From Dehalococcoidia bacterium (lineage in GTDB: Bacteria; Chloroflexota; Dehalococcoidia; Lucifugimonadales; GCA-2712585): a stretch of 64,000 bases of DNA. Shown here piece by piece: positions 57,055-64,000 of this stretch. How positions within the stretch are numbered: position 1 is the first letter of the stretch; every line of letters begins with the position of its first letter. A model generated the notes under the pieces. The model saw only the letters and a list, made by a program, of their open reading frames with translations. It ran no database searches and was not told the DNA's origin. A program made the position numbers and the translations under genes. The stretch covers positions 1,217,926 through 1,281,925 of the forward strand of contig OZ253467.1 in NCBI GenBank assembly GCA_965261665.1. The letters are read 5' to 3'.

Positions 57055-57729
57055 ATTCTTCGTCTTCACAAGGGCGGGCTCTGCGCGGGAACAACGGAAG
57101 GGGGCGGGAGGTTAGGGGGTGTCTTAAGACGGGCAGCCACAAGGGCTGCCCCTACGGATAGGGGGGGAAGGAGCGAGGAGGGGTTCCGGCCCACGTTTTC
57201 ACAAGGGCAGGCTCTGCGTGGGAACAACGGGTGGGGGCGGGAGGTTAGGGGGTGTCTTAAGACGGGCAGCCACAAGGGCTGTCCCTACGGATAGGTGGGC
57301 GAAGGAGCGAGGAGGGGTTCCGGCCCCCGTCTTCATGGGGCGGGCTCTGCGCGGGAACAACGGAAGGGGCCGGGAGGTTAGGGGGTGTCTTAAGACGGGC
57401 AGCCACAAGGGCTGCCCCTACGGATAGGGGGGTGAAGGAGCGAGGAGGGGTTCCTGCCCCCGTCTTCACTGGGGCAGGCTCTGCGCGGGAATAACGGAGG
57501 GGGGAGGGAGGTTAGGGTGTGTCTTAAGACGGGCAGCCACAAGGGCTGCCCCTACGGATAGGGGGGCGAAGGAGCGAGGGTGGGTTCCCGCCCCGTCTTC
57601 ACGGGGGGGCAGGCTCTGCGCGGGAACAGCGGAGGGGGCAGGATGACAGGTGGGAGGGCGTTGACGAAGTGACAGAGGAGTGAGGATAGGGTGTCGATGA
57701 TGGAGGGCAGGTTTCAAACCTGCCCCTAT
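57055..57729 (+). repeat. higher-order tandem array: 4-5 units of about 133 bp (GCCCCCG-hairpin element plus REP hairpin), then one extra REP hairpin
   Basis: GGGCAGCCACAAGGGCTG(C/T)CCCTAC starts at 57131, 57264, 57397 and 57531. It alternates with ggttcc(g/t/c)gcccccgtcttca(c/t)ggggcaggctctgcgcgggaa(c/t)aacgg. GGGCAGGTTTCAAACCTGCCCCTAT is at 57705-57729. Confidence 0.9.
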
Positions 57730-57750
57730 GTGGGGAAGAGGTTGAAACAG

Positions 57751-59106
57751 TTAGGGGGATGGGGGTGGTTGGAGAAGGGTGGTGAGGGTTCGGACGTCTT
57801 CCAGTTTGGAGAGGTTGGCGGTGGTGCGGATGGTGCCTTCGGTCCTTTCGCGGCCCAGGGTCTCGTAGGCCAGGAATCGGAATTTGTTTTCAAGCTCCTG
57901 GCGGCTACGCCTTCGCTGAAAGTCGCCTCTGTGGTAGGTGGTTGATTCGGATAGGGTGCGTCCGTCGGATAGGGTAACGTCGACGCGTGCGCAGGGTTTG
58001 TCGGGGTTCTGAACGTTCATGGACGAGTCGGAGATGATAGCTACGCGTCCAGCCAATTCCTGTATAGCGGGGTTGTCGACGGCATCCGGGTAGAAGGCGG
58101 TTATGTCGCTGCGTCCTGATACGAGGAGGGCGGCAACGGCGTAGGGGACGTGGAACTTAGCCGAGAGCATGTTTGAGGGGTAGTCCTGGGCCATGCGCTG
58201 GGCGAAGGGCACGGTTGTTACGGTGACATCCCGGATGCTGGAGTGGTCAAGACCTTCGCGGTTGGCGATGGACTCGACGGCGTCGAGGACAGGGTGGTTG
58301 TAGAGGCAGCAGGCGTGGAACTTGAAGTAGTTTTGCTCAATGCGCAGGGGGTCGTTGCCGAGACCGGCGACTGTGGCCTGGGGGTGGAATTTGTCGCCGA
58401 GAATGGTTGTATAGACGTCGGTGGGGGCGTCGGTGGGAGGGGTGAAGCCGCAGAGGAGCAGCTGGGGGGCAAGGACGCCCTGCATTCCTGAGCGTCCGGG
58501 GTAGATGTTGCGGATGGTGGCGCCTTCGAAGCATGGGGTCCAGGTGTTGGCGGGGCTCATGGAGGCGGCGAGGTTGATGACGCCGCGCATCTGAGGGGGG
58601 TCGAAGTCCATGAGCCTGGCGACGGCGACGGCGGTGCCGATGGTGCCCCAGGTGCCGTGGGAGTGGACGTTTGGACGGGACTGGGTGGCGCCGCCGATGC
58701 GGGAGGAAACCTCGTAGCCGGCGATGAGGGCTTCGGCTAGCTGGGGGCCGCTGCTGGCGAGGTCTTCCGCCACGGCAAGGGCGCCGGGTAGGACGTGTAT
58801 GGCGGGATGGCCGCCGCCGAGTCGGGAGCCTTCGTCCATTTCCAGGGCTACGCCGGCGGTGGCGTTGGCGAGGCCGGCCATGGGCGGTTGGGCTTTGAGG
58901 TTGTGACCGAGGAGGGTGGCTGTGCCACTGTCGTTGCCGGCGGCGAATCGGGCGAGGTTGGCGTTTTCGGGCAGGCGGCTACCGCCGATGATTGCGCCGA
59001 TGGTGTCCATGAGTACGGAAGCAGCGGCGGTGCGGGCGGATTCGGTGAGGCGGTTATAGGAGACTTGGCAGGCGAATTCGGAGAGTTGGGTAAGGTAGTC
59101 GTTCAT
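57751..59106 (-). CDS. MmgE/PrpD-family protein (2-methylcitrate dehydratase-like)
   Basis: 451 aa with the typical N-terminus (LTQLSEFACQVSYNRLTESARTAAASVLMDTIGAIIGG) and family-wide pattern. Confidence 0.85.
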   Translation of the reverse strand: MNDYLTQLSEFACQVSYNRLTESARTAAASVLMDTIGAIIGGSRLPENANLARFAAGNDSGTATLLGHNLKAQPPMAGLANATAGVALEMDEGSRLGGGHPAIHVLPGALAVAEDLASSGPQLAEALIAGYEVSSRIGGATQSRPNVHSHGTWGTIGTAVAVARLMDFDPPQMRGVINLAASMSPANTWTPCFEGATIRNIYPGRSGMQGVLAPQLLLCGFTPPTDAPTDVYTTILGDKFHPQATVAGLGNDPLRIEQNYFKFHACCLYNHPVLDAVESIANREGLDHSSIRDVTVTTVPFAQRMAQDYPSNMLSAKFHVPYAVAALLVSGRSDITAFYPDAVDNPAIQELAGRVAIISDSSMNVQNPDKPCARVDVTLSDGRTLSESTTYHRGDFQRRRSRQELENKFRFLAYETLGRERTEGTIRTTANLSKLEDVRTLTTLLQPPPSP

Positions 59107-59131
59107 GGTTTGGGCACCTCGGCGGTTGTTG
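59071..59131. repeat. 61-bp direct repeat, copy 1 (functional 5' end of the PrpD-like gene plus its upstream 25 nt)
   Basis: ggcgaattcggagagttgggtaaggtagtcgttcatggtttgggcacctcggcggttgttgg. It matches 59697-59757 at 58 of 61 positions. Confidence 0.9.
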
Positions 59132-59154
59132 GGTTTGAGTAAGCGGTGAACGGC

Positions 59155-59227
59155 GAGATTCTTCGACTCCGCTTCGCTACGCTCAGAATGACATGTGGGG
59201 GCGCTTTGCTGCGTTCAGAATGACATG
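59155..59227 (+). repeat. gagattcttcg...gaatgac short repeat with a partial tandem second tail
   Basis: gagattcttcgactccgcttcgctacgctcagaatgac, then gcgttcagaatgacatg. Confidence 0.8.
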
Positions 59228-59402
59228 AACCGGATGGTATGACAAGGGGAAAGCTAGGTGGAGGAAGAGTATGGGGTGACGTTTTTGGTCGCCAAGAGCC
59301 ACTGGATGACATGTTAAGGAATTCACGGGACCCGTGGAGTGGGGAAAAGGGAGAGCGGGCCAATTAGCCCGCTCGTACGGAAATCGTAGATCTACTTTGC
59401 TG

Positions 59403-59609
59403 CTATGATATGGCTCTGACGATGGTCGCAGTGGCGACTATACCAACCACCAACGTCCCAACCATCCACTTGATTAGTTCTGCCTTTAGACTCGCCATGT
59501 CGGCCCTTAAATCGGCTATGTCGACCTTAAGAATCCCAAAGTCGGACTTGGTAGCCAAGTGTTCATAGGCTCCTTCGAGCCTGCTAACCCTTTCCTCCAC
59601 GGTCGCCAT
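59403..59609 (-). CDS. small tail-anchored coiled-coil membrane protein
   Basis: 68 aa: MATVEERVSRLEGAYEHLATKSDFGILKVDIADLRADMASLKAELIKW followed by a TM segment (MVGTLVVGIVATATIV). Confidence 0.5.
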   Translation of the reverse strand: MATVEERVSRLEGAYEHLATKSDFGILKVDIADLRADMASLKAELIKWMVGTLVVGIVATATIVRAIS

Positions 59610-59696
59610 TGAGTTTCTCCTTCTGCCCGATAAGAACGTTAGTATACATCACTCTGGGGTACATAAGCAAACAAGATGGAGGGAGAGGGGTTAGCG

Positions 59697-59757
59697 GGCG
59701 AATTCGGAGAGTTGGGTTAGGTAGTCGTTCATGGTTCAGGCACCTCGGCGGTTGTTG
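59697..59757. repeat. 61-bp direct repeat, copy 2 (decayed duplicate of the PrpD-like 5' end)
   Basis: On the minus strand it encodes MNDYLTQLSEFAR then a stop, so it is a truncated pseudo-start. Confidence 0.9.
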
Positions 59758-59842
59758 GTGGTTGCCATGCGAGGTTGAGGTTACTCGCGGAGACGAGGGA
59801 TGACAAGGGGGGAGCTGGGAAGAGGAAGGGGGTAGGGTGGAG

Positions 59843-60298
59843 TTAAGACCGCAGAGGCATAATCTCGGACAGGAGTTGGGACAACGACTCCGAATTGCGA
59901 GTTTGGCATTCCCAGACAATCACCACCTGCCATTCTTTAAGGCGGAGCTCATTGTAATTCTTCTTCGCCCTTGAGATGTTGCGGTCGAACTTTTTCCGCC
60001 AGTAGTCTATGTTTGTTCTTGGAGTAGAAGCCTGTTTGCAACCCGGGTGCCTATGCCAGAAGCAACCATTGACAAATACCGCTGTACGATGCTTTCGCAG
60101 GACGATGTCCGGGGTGCCCGGCAGTGATTTCACGTGGAGCCTGAAGCGGAATCCGGCACGATGGAGGATTGAACGCACACGAATTTCCGGACTTGTGTCT
60201 TTGCTGCGGACCCGACTCATTACCCAACTGCGATATTCGCGCGACTCGGGGTTCCGCTTGGTCTCACTATGGGCAACTAGGCTTGAATCTGAATCCAC
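59843..60298 (-). CDS. vsr: very-short-patch repair endonuclease
   Basis: RSWVMSRVRSKDTSPEIRVRSILHRAGFRFRLH...PGTPDIVLRKHRTAVFVNGCFWHRH. Confidence 0.9.
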   Translation of the reverse strand: MDSDSSLVAHSETKRNPESREYRSWVMSRVRSKDTSPEIRVRSILHRAGFRFRLHVKSLPGTPDIVLRKHRTAVFVNGCFWHRHPGCKQASTPRTNIDYWRKKFDRNISRAKKNYNELRLKEWQVVIVWECQTRNSESLSQLLSEIMPLRS

Positions 60299-61011
60299 GA
60301 ATCCTCGTAATTAATATTGGTCAATATGGTTTCAGGGTCGACAACTGGCACTTGAGGCGCAATCGAAAATCTGCGCGCTGAACTTGGCACATCTCGAATC
60401 ACAGTAAATTGGCTTCCATGAGGCTGCCAAGTGAAGCGGTGAACACCGTTAGACTTGTCGGTACCCCACAAAGTACCTCGATGATTGAATTCCCAGCTGT
60501 AGTTCGAATTAACGAATCTCCGAGCTTCATCCTCGAAAAGCAGGAATTCCCTGTTGGCCATGTTTCTTACCAAAACGGCTATCCTAAGGTCGTTGAATTC
60601 GTCTAAAGCTTCATTGACCCTGGCATTCCAAATGTCCAGAACCGCTTTTCCGGTTTTATTGGCACTGGCGCGCGGGTCTGAAATTCCATGTGAATAGTCA
60701 GGAGAGTTTCGGCCGGAAATCAGTCGTACGGTTTTTGTCGAAAAAGGCTTTGCGGACTTGACTATTTTCAGGGACCAAGCGCACCGTTGGAGAAAAACGT
60801 CTGCAATACCTAAAGGAGTAGCTCTGTCAATGCCACCAACGGCTTTGGCGAAGAACTCGTCAAATTCCCCGGAACGCAAGTCGCGAAATCCGACTGCAAG
60901 CCTGTGGACAATTTGCTTGCCTAGCTCAAGGAGTACGGAATCGGGTATCTGTCCAAGTTCGTACGGTCCAGTGCGACGTTTCCGCTGGCCTCGTAACCGC
61001 GTCTTCCTCAA
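60277..61011 (-). CDS. putative type II restriction endonuclease (partner of the C5-methyltransferase)
   Basis: 244-aa ORF between dcm-like and vsr on the same strand with overlapping ends. A possible PD-(D/E)xK-like core is IADV...AWSLKIVK. No family was recognised and the start is uncertain. Confidence 0.5.
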   Translation of the reverse strand: MRKTRLRGQRKRRTGPYELGQIPDSVLLELGKQIVHRLAVGFRDLRSGEFDEFFAKAVGGIDRATPLGIADVFLQRCAWSLKIVKSAKPFSTKTVRLISGRNSPDYSHGISDPRASANKTGKAVLDIWNARVNEALDEFNDLRIAVLVRNMANREFLLFEDEARRFVNSNYSWEFNHRGTLWGTDKSNGVHRFTWQPHGSQFTVIRDVPSSARRFSIAPQVPVVDPETILTNINYEDSWIQIQA

Positions 61012-62032
61012 TTACCTTCACCACCTGCTCAATAACTGCCTGAACCATCGGAACAGGCACGGCGTTGCCAGCCTGCTTCCGGGTTTGAGAGTCGTTGCAA
61101 AGTATTTGCCATGAATCCGGGAATCCCTGTAATCGCAGCAATTCCCGGGGCGTCGGGCGACGTTCGCCGTCTAAAAGCAAGTAATTGTAAGAAGCATTCG
61201 CTCGCAAGGCGCAAGACCATTCGTGACTCGAAATGTTGCCACCCTTATTTTCGTGCCAGATTGCGGGAGATACTGACGCGGAATGAGCCGCCTTGCGCTT
61301 AGCGCGAATCTTCTCTGATGCGAAGTGCTTTGGGTCCGGATTCGGTTCCAAGAGATCCGCCAACGGGCGCATTGGCATTTGTTCCTCTGGCCACTGGAAT
61401 CTTGTGAACGGGACTTGGGTGGCGACGATAATTGTCCGCTCTCGTTTTTGTGGAAGTCCGAAGTCTAGAGCGTTCAGCACCTTGGACTCAACTGTATACC
61501 CGAGGTTGTGGAGGTCAGTAATGATGCGAAGCAACACTTGCCCTCTCTGAGCGGTCGACAGTTGCTTCACATTTTCCAGGACAATTCCCTGAGGGCGTTT
61601 CGCTTGGATTACTCGCAGAATCTCAAAAAATAATGTCCCCCTAGGGTCTTCAAAACCTTTCCGTTGACCGATAATGGAGAAGGGTTGGCACGGAAAGCCG
61701 GCGAAAAGCAAATCGTGGTCTGGCACGTCGGAGGCGTCCAAAGCCGCAATGTCACCTGCGGGTTCAAGTGCAAAGTTGTGCTCGTATGCTTTCCGAGTCT
61801 CTGGATCTATGTCACACGCAAAGACGACATCAAGACCCAAGTTGCGGGCGGCTACGTGGAATCCACCGATGCCGCTAAAGAAATCCGCACACCTTAGCGG
61901 CAATTTGTCGTCTGCAACTGGAAACTCCAGCAACGCAGTTGCGTGGTTTGCTGCATGGCCGTTGCTTCGCACGGCATCCTCCACTTCATCAAGCCTCTGT
62001 TGGATGATATATCTTGCATTCCGAGCCGTCAA
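60926..62032 (-). CDS. DNA (cytosine-5)-methyltransferase
   Basis: Motif I is DFFSGIGGF, motif IV GFPCQPFS, motif VI LENV, motif VIII QKRERTIIV and motif X GNAVPVPM. Confidence 0.92.
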   Translation of the reverse strand: MTARNARYIIQQRLDEVEDAVRSNGHAANHATALLEFPVADDKLPLRCADFFSGIGGFHVAARNLGLDVVFACDIDPETRKAYEHNFALEPAGDIAALDASDVPDHDLLFAGFPCQPFSIIGQRKGFEDPRGTLFFEILRVIQAKRPQGIVLENVKQLSTAQRGQVLLRIITDLHNLGYTVESKVLNALDFGLPQKRERTIIVATQVPFTRFQWPEEQMPMRPLADLLEPNPDPKHFASEKIRAKRKAAHSASVSPAIWHENKGGNISSHEWSCALRANASYNYLLLDGERRPTPRELLRLQGFPDSWQILCNDSQTRKQAGNAVPVPMVQAVIEQVVKVIEEDAVTRPAETSHWTVRTWTDTRFRTP

Positions 62033-62093
62033 GGGGTTTTCTTACAAAGGTTCGGATGCGTTTTCCTATTAGGCTTTGCATGCGTAGTGGGGG

Positions 62094-63512
62094 TTAGCGG
62101 ACGGGGCCGCCGAGGGGGGGAGTGGGGCTACCGCTGGCGAGGAAGCGTCCGTAGCCGGGTTTTTGCTCGAGGCGTCCCTGGTTGAGGAGGACTTGGCCCC
62201 GGAGCAGGGTCATCCAGGGCTTGCCGTTGACCTTCCAGCCCTCGTAGAGGGTGAATCCTGAGTTGCCGTGGTGGTCTTCGGCGCGTACTACGGTTTCGCC
62301 TTGGGGGTCGATGATGGTGATGTCGGCGTCGGTGCCGACTTGGAGGGAACCCTTCTGGGGGTAGAGACCGAAGATGCGGGCGGGGTTTTCCGACATGCAG
62401 CGGGCCAGCCATGTGATGGGGAGGTCGCGACCGACGACGCCTTCGCTGTAGGCGAGGGGGGCTAGGGTCTCGATGCCGGGGGAGCCGAAGGGGACGGGAC
62501 TGCCGTCGGGGTTGACGAAGATATTTTTCCAGCCGGGCTGCTTGAGGGCCTTGAAGTGGGGAGCGTGGTCGCTGCCGATGGTGGAGATGTAGCCAAGCTC
62601 AAGGCCCTTCCACATGGCTGGCTGGTCGGGGCCGTCCTTGGGACGGAGGGGCGGGCCGATTTTCGCAAGGGGGCCGACTTTGGCCATTTCCTCGTCGGAC
62701 AGGAGGAGATACTGTGGGCAGGTCTCGGTCCAGACTCGTTGGCCCTGGCCCTGGGCCTGTTTGATTCGCTCCATGCCAACATCGGTGCTGAGGTGGACGA
62801 CGTAGACGGGGCAGTTGGTTACGTTGCCCATTTTGATGGCGCGGTTTATGGCTTCTTCTTCGGCCCAATCGGGGCAAGCGGAGGGAAAGTCGGTGGGGTG
62901 GACACAGCCCTGGCTGATGAGCTGGTTCTCGAGATAGTCGATGATGTTGCCGCTTTCGCAGTGGAGCTGGACGATGCCGCCGCCCTTGGAGACGGTCTCC
63001 ATAACCTGGCAGATGAAGTCGTCGGTGCACATTCGAATCTGGTTTTTCTTGTATGACATAAACATCTTGAAGGAGGTGACGCCCATTTCCAAGGCCTGAG
63101 GGAGGCTCTTGAGGATGTAGGGGCGGTTGTTGAGGATATAGTGGAAGGCGAAATCGACCACGGCGGTGGACTCGATTTCTTCGCGGTGGCGGTTGATGGC
63201 AGAGGGGAGAGTCTCTTCGGCCTCAACGTCGTAGGTGCCAAAGGGCAGGAGGGTGGTGAGGCCGGAATGGGCTGCAGCGATGGAGCCGAGCTCATAAGAA
63301 TCGCAGCGGTCGAGGTGGACGTGACAGTCGATGAGGCCAGGGAGGACGAACTTGCCGGAGGCGTCGATATAGCGGTCGGCGGGAGGGAGAAGGTGATCGG
63401 GGCCAATGGCGACTATCTTCTCGTCTGAAATGGCTATGGCGGCGTCGAAGACTTCGGAAGAGGTGACGATTTTTCCGCCGGCGATGATGGTGTCGACTCT
63501 GATGTCTGGCAT
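62094..63512 (-). CDS. cyclic amidohydrolase (dihydropyrimidinase/hydantoinase/dihydroorotase-like)
   Basis: 472 aa: DTIIAGGKIV...DASGKFVLPGLIDCHVHLD, a later FKMFMSYK, and GSDHAP. Confidence 0.85.
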   Translation of the reverse strand: MPDIRVDTIIAGGKIVTSSEVFDAAIAISDEKIVAIGPDHLLPPADRYIDASGKFVLPGLIDCHVHLDRCDSYELGSIAAAHSGLTTLLPFGTYDVEAEETLPSAINRHREEIESTAVVDFAFHYILNNRPYILKSLPQALEMGVTSFKMFMSYKKNQIRMCTDDFICQVMETVSKGGGIVQLHCESGNIIDYLENQLISQGCVHPTDFPSACPDWAEEEAINRAIKMGNVTNCPVYVVHLSTDVGMERIKQAQGQGQRVWTETCPQYLLLSDEEMAKVGPLAKIGPPLRPKDGPDQPAMWKGLELGYISTIGSDHAPHFKALKQPGWKNIFVNPDGSPVPFGSPGIETLAPLAYSEGVVGRDLPITWLARCMSENPARIFGLYPQKGSLQVGTDADITIIDPQGETVVRAEDHHGNSGFTLYEGWKVNGKPWMTLLRGQVLLNQGRLEQKPGYGRFLASGSPTPPLGGPVR

Positions 63513-63606
63513 GATGTGCCTCCTGGGGGGATGGGGCTATTATAGGGCAGAATGGGAAGGTTGGCACGTTTGGGGTGGCAGGGGGGTAGTGTGGGGAGAG
63601 TAAGAC

Positions 63607-63687
63607 GGGCGCCCACGAGGGACGCCCCTACGGGGGATGTGTTCATGGGTTGTAGAGGGGGAAGGGCGGTTCGCGAACCGCCACTAC
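63607..63687 (+). repeat. two REP-like hairpins
   Basis: GGGCGCCCACGAGGGACGCCCCTAC (63607-63631) and GGGCGGTTCGCGAACCGCCACTAC (63664-63687). Confidence 0.9.
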
Positions 63688-63747
63688 CGGGGGATGGCGG
63701 GCGTTGGGGACGAGAGAGTCGTAGGGGATTGGGATGATATGTGGGGG

Positions 63748-64000
63748 CTACAATTCCAGGATGGGCTTATACGTGCGGTAGCAGTCTATACAGAGGGGGT
63801 GCTTCTTGGAGGTGTCGAACGATTGACCGCAGAAGTGGCAGAACTTCTCTGGATAGGCGTCTTTCTTGAACCGGTTCCATGACCGCCAGTCCTTTTTGCA
63901 GAAGGGCCTGCTCTCTATGGCCTCGGACATTGGGCCGCCGCAGCGGATGCAGTGGCCAGAGGAGGGTCGTTCCAGGGTGAGTGTGGTGGTCTTGGTTTTG
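63748..64000 (-). CDS. Cys-rich zinc-ribbon-like protein, 5'-truncated by the window edge
   Basis: The open frame runs to position 64000: ...GHCIRCGGPMSEAIESRPFCKKDWRSW...EKFCHFCGQSFDTSKKHPLCIDCY, with four CxxC-type pairs. Confidence 0.45.
   Translation of the reverse strand, partial: KTKTTTLTLERPSSGHCIRCGGPMSEAIESRPFCKKDWRSWNRFKKDAYPEKFCHFCGQSFDTSKKHPLCIDCYRTYKPILEL

Overview
This is a 64-kb bacterial chromosomal segment of high GC (about 60% by eye). All homology calls come from motifs recalled from memory and no searches were run. Gene content and repeat style suggest a Chloroflexota-like genome, possibly SAR202-like or host/sponge-associated, but taxonomy cannot be proven from the sequence alone.

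I support about 60 protein genes and one tRNA(CAU).
- Housekeeping genes: groES-groEL with a CIRCE operator and a strong promoter, glycyl-tRNA synthetase, pyrD, folP-folK, pgi, rpiB, a ROK glucokinase and an acyl-CoA carboxyltransferase.
- Catabolic paralogues: two amidases, an SDR, a crotonase, four CoA-transferase domains, an amidohydrolase-2, an LLM-type oxidoreductase, an MmgE/PrpD protein, a hydantoinase-like amidohydrolase and an S9 peptidase.
- Also present: several lipoproteins with long Pro/Thr linkers and an OmpR/histidine-kinase pair.
- Four lower-GC accessory islets: (a) a tRNA-adjacent SPPY methyltransferase, NgoMIV-like endonuclease and VapBC; (b) a GIY-YIG protein with a RusA-like protein; (c) a frameshifted DUF805 gene; (d) a Dcm-REase-Vsr operon.

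Most notable observations:
1. A DUF3179 lipoprotein gene is interrupted only by an in-frame TGA at the first Cys of its conserved CPLC motif. A SECIS-like hairpin follows, making it a candidate selenoprotein.
2. There is a very dense population of REP-like hairpins of the form GGGC-stem-loop-GCCC-CTAC, roughly 45-50 copies. The stems show compensatory variation. Every copy I found has the same strand orientation. Several loci form higher-order tandem arrays with periods of 52, 116, 126 and 133 bp. No RAYT-like transposase is in the window.
3. Two copies of a 123-bp MITE with 17-bp terminal inverted repeats sit in the 4-nt loops of other hairpin repeats, each with a 4-bp target-site duplication.
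4. A 455-aa protein is built entirely of 22-residue (2 x 11-mer) repeats, including 3.6 copies of an 88-aa (264-bp) super-repeat.
5. The CoA-transferase genes are arranged A / B::A fusion / B.
6. A 61-bp direct repeat duplicates the 5' end of the MmgE/PrpD gene next to the Dcm-REase-Vsr island.
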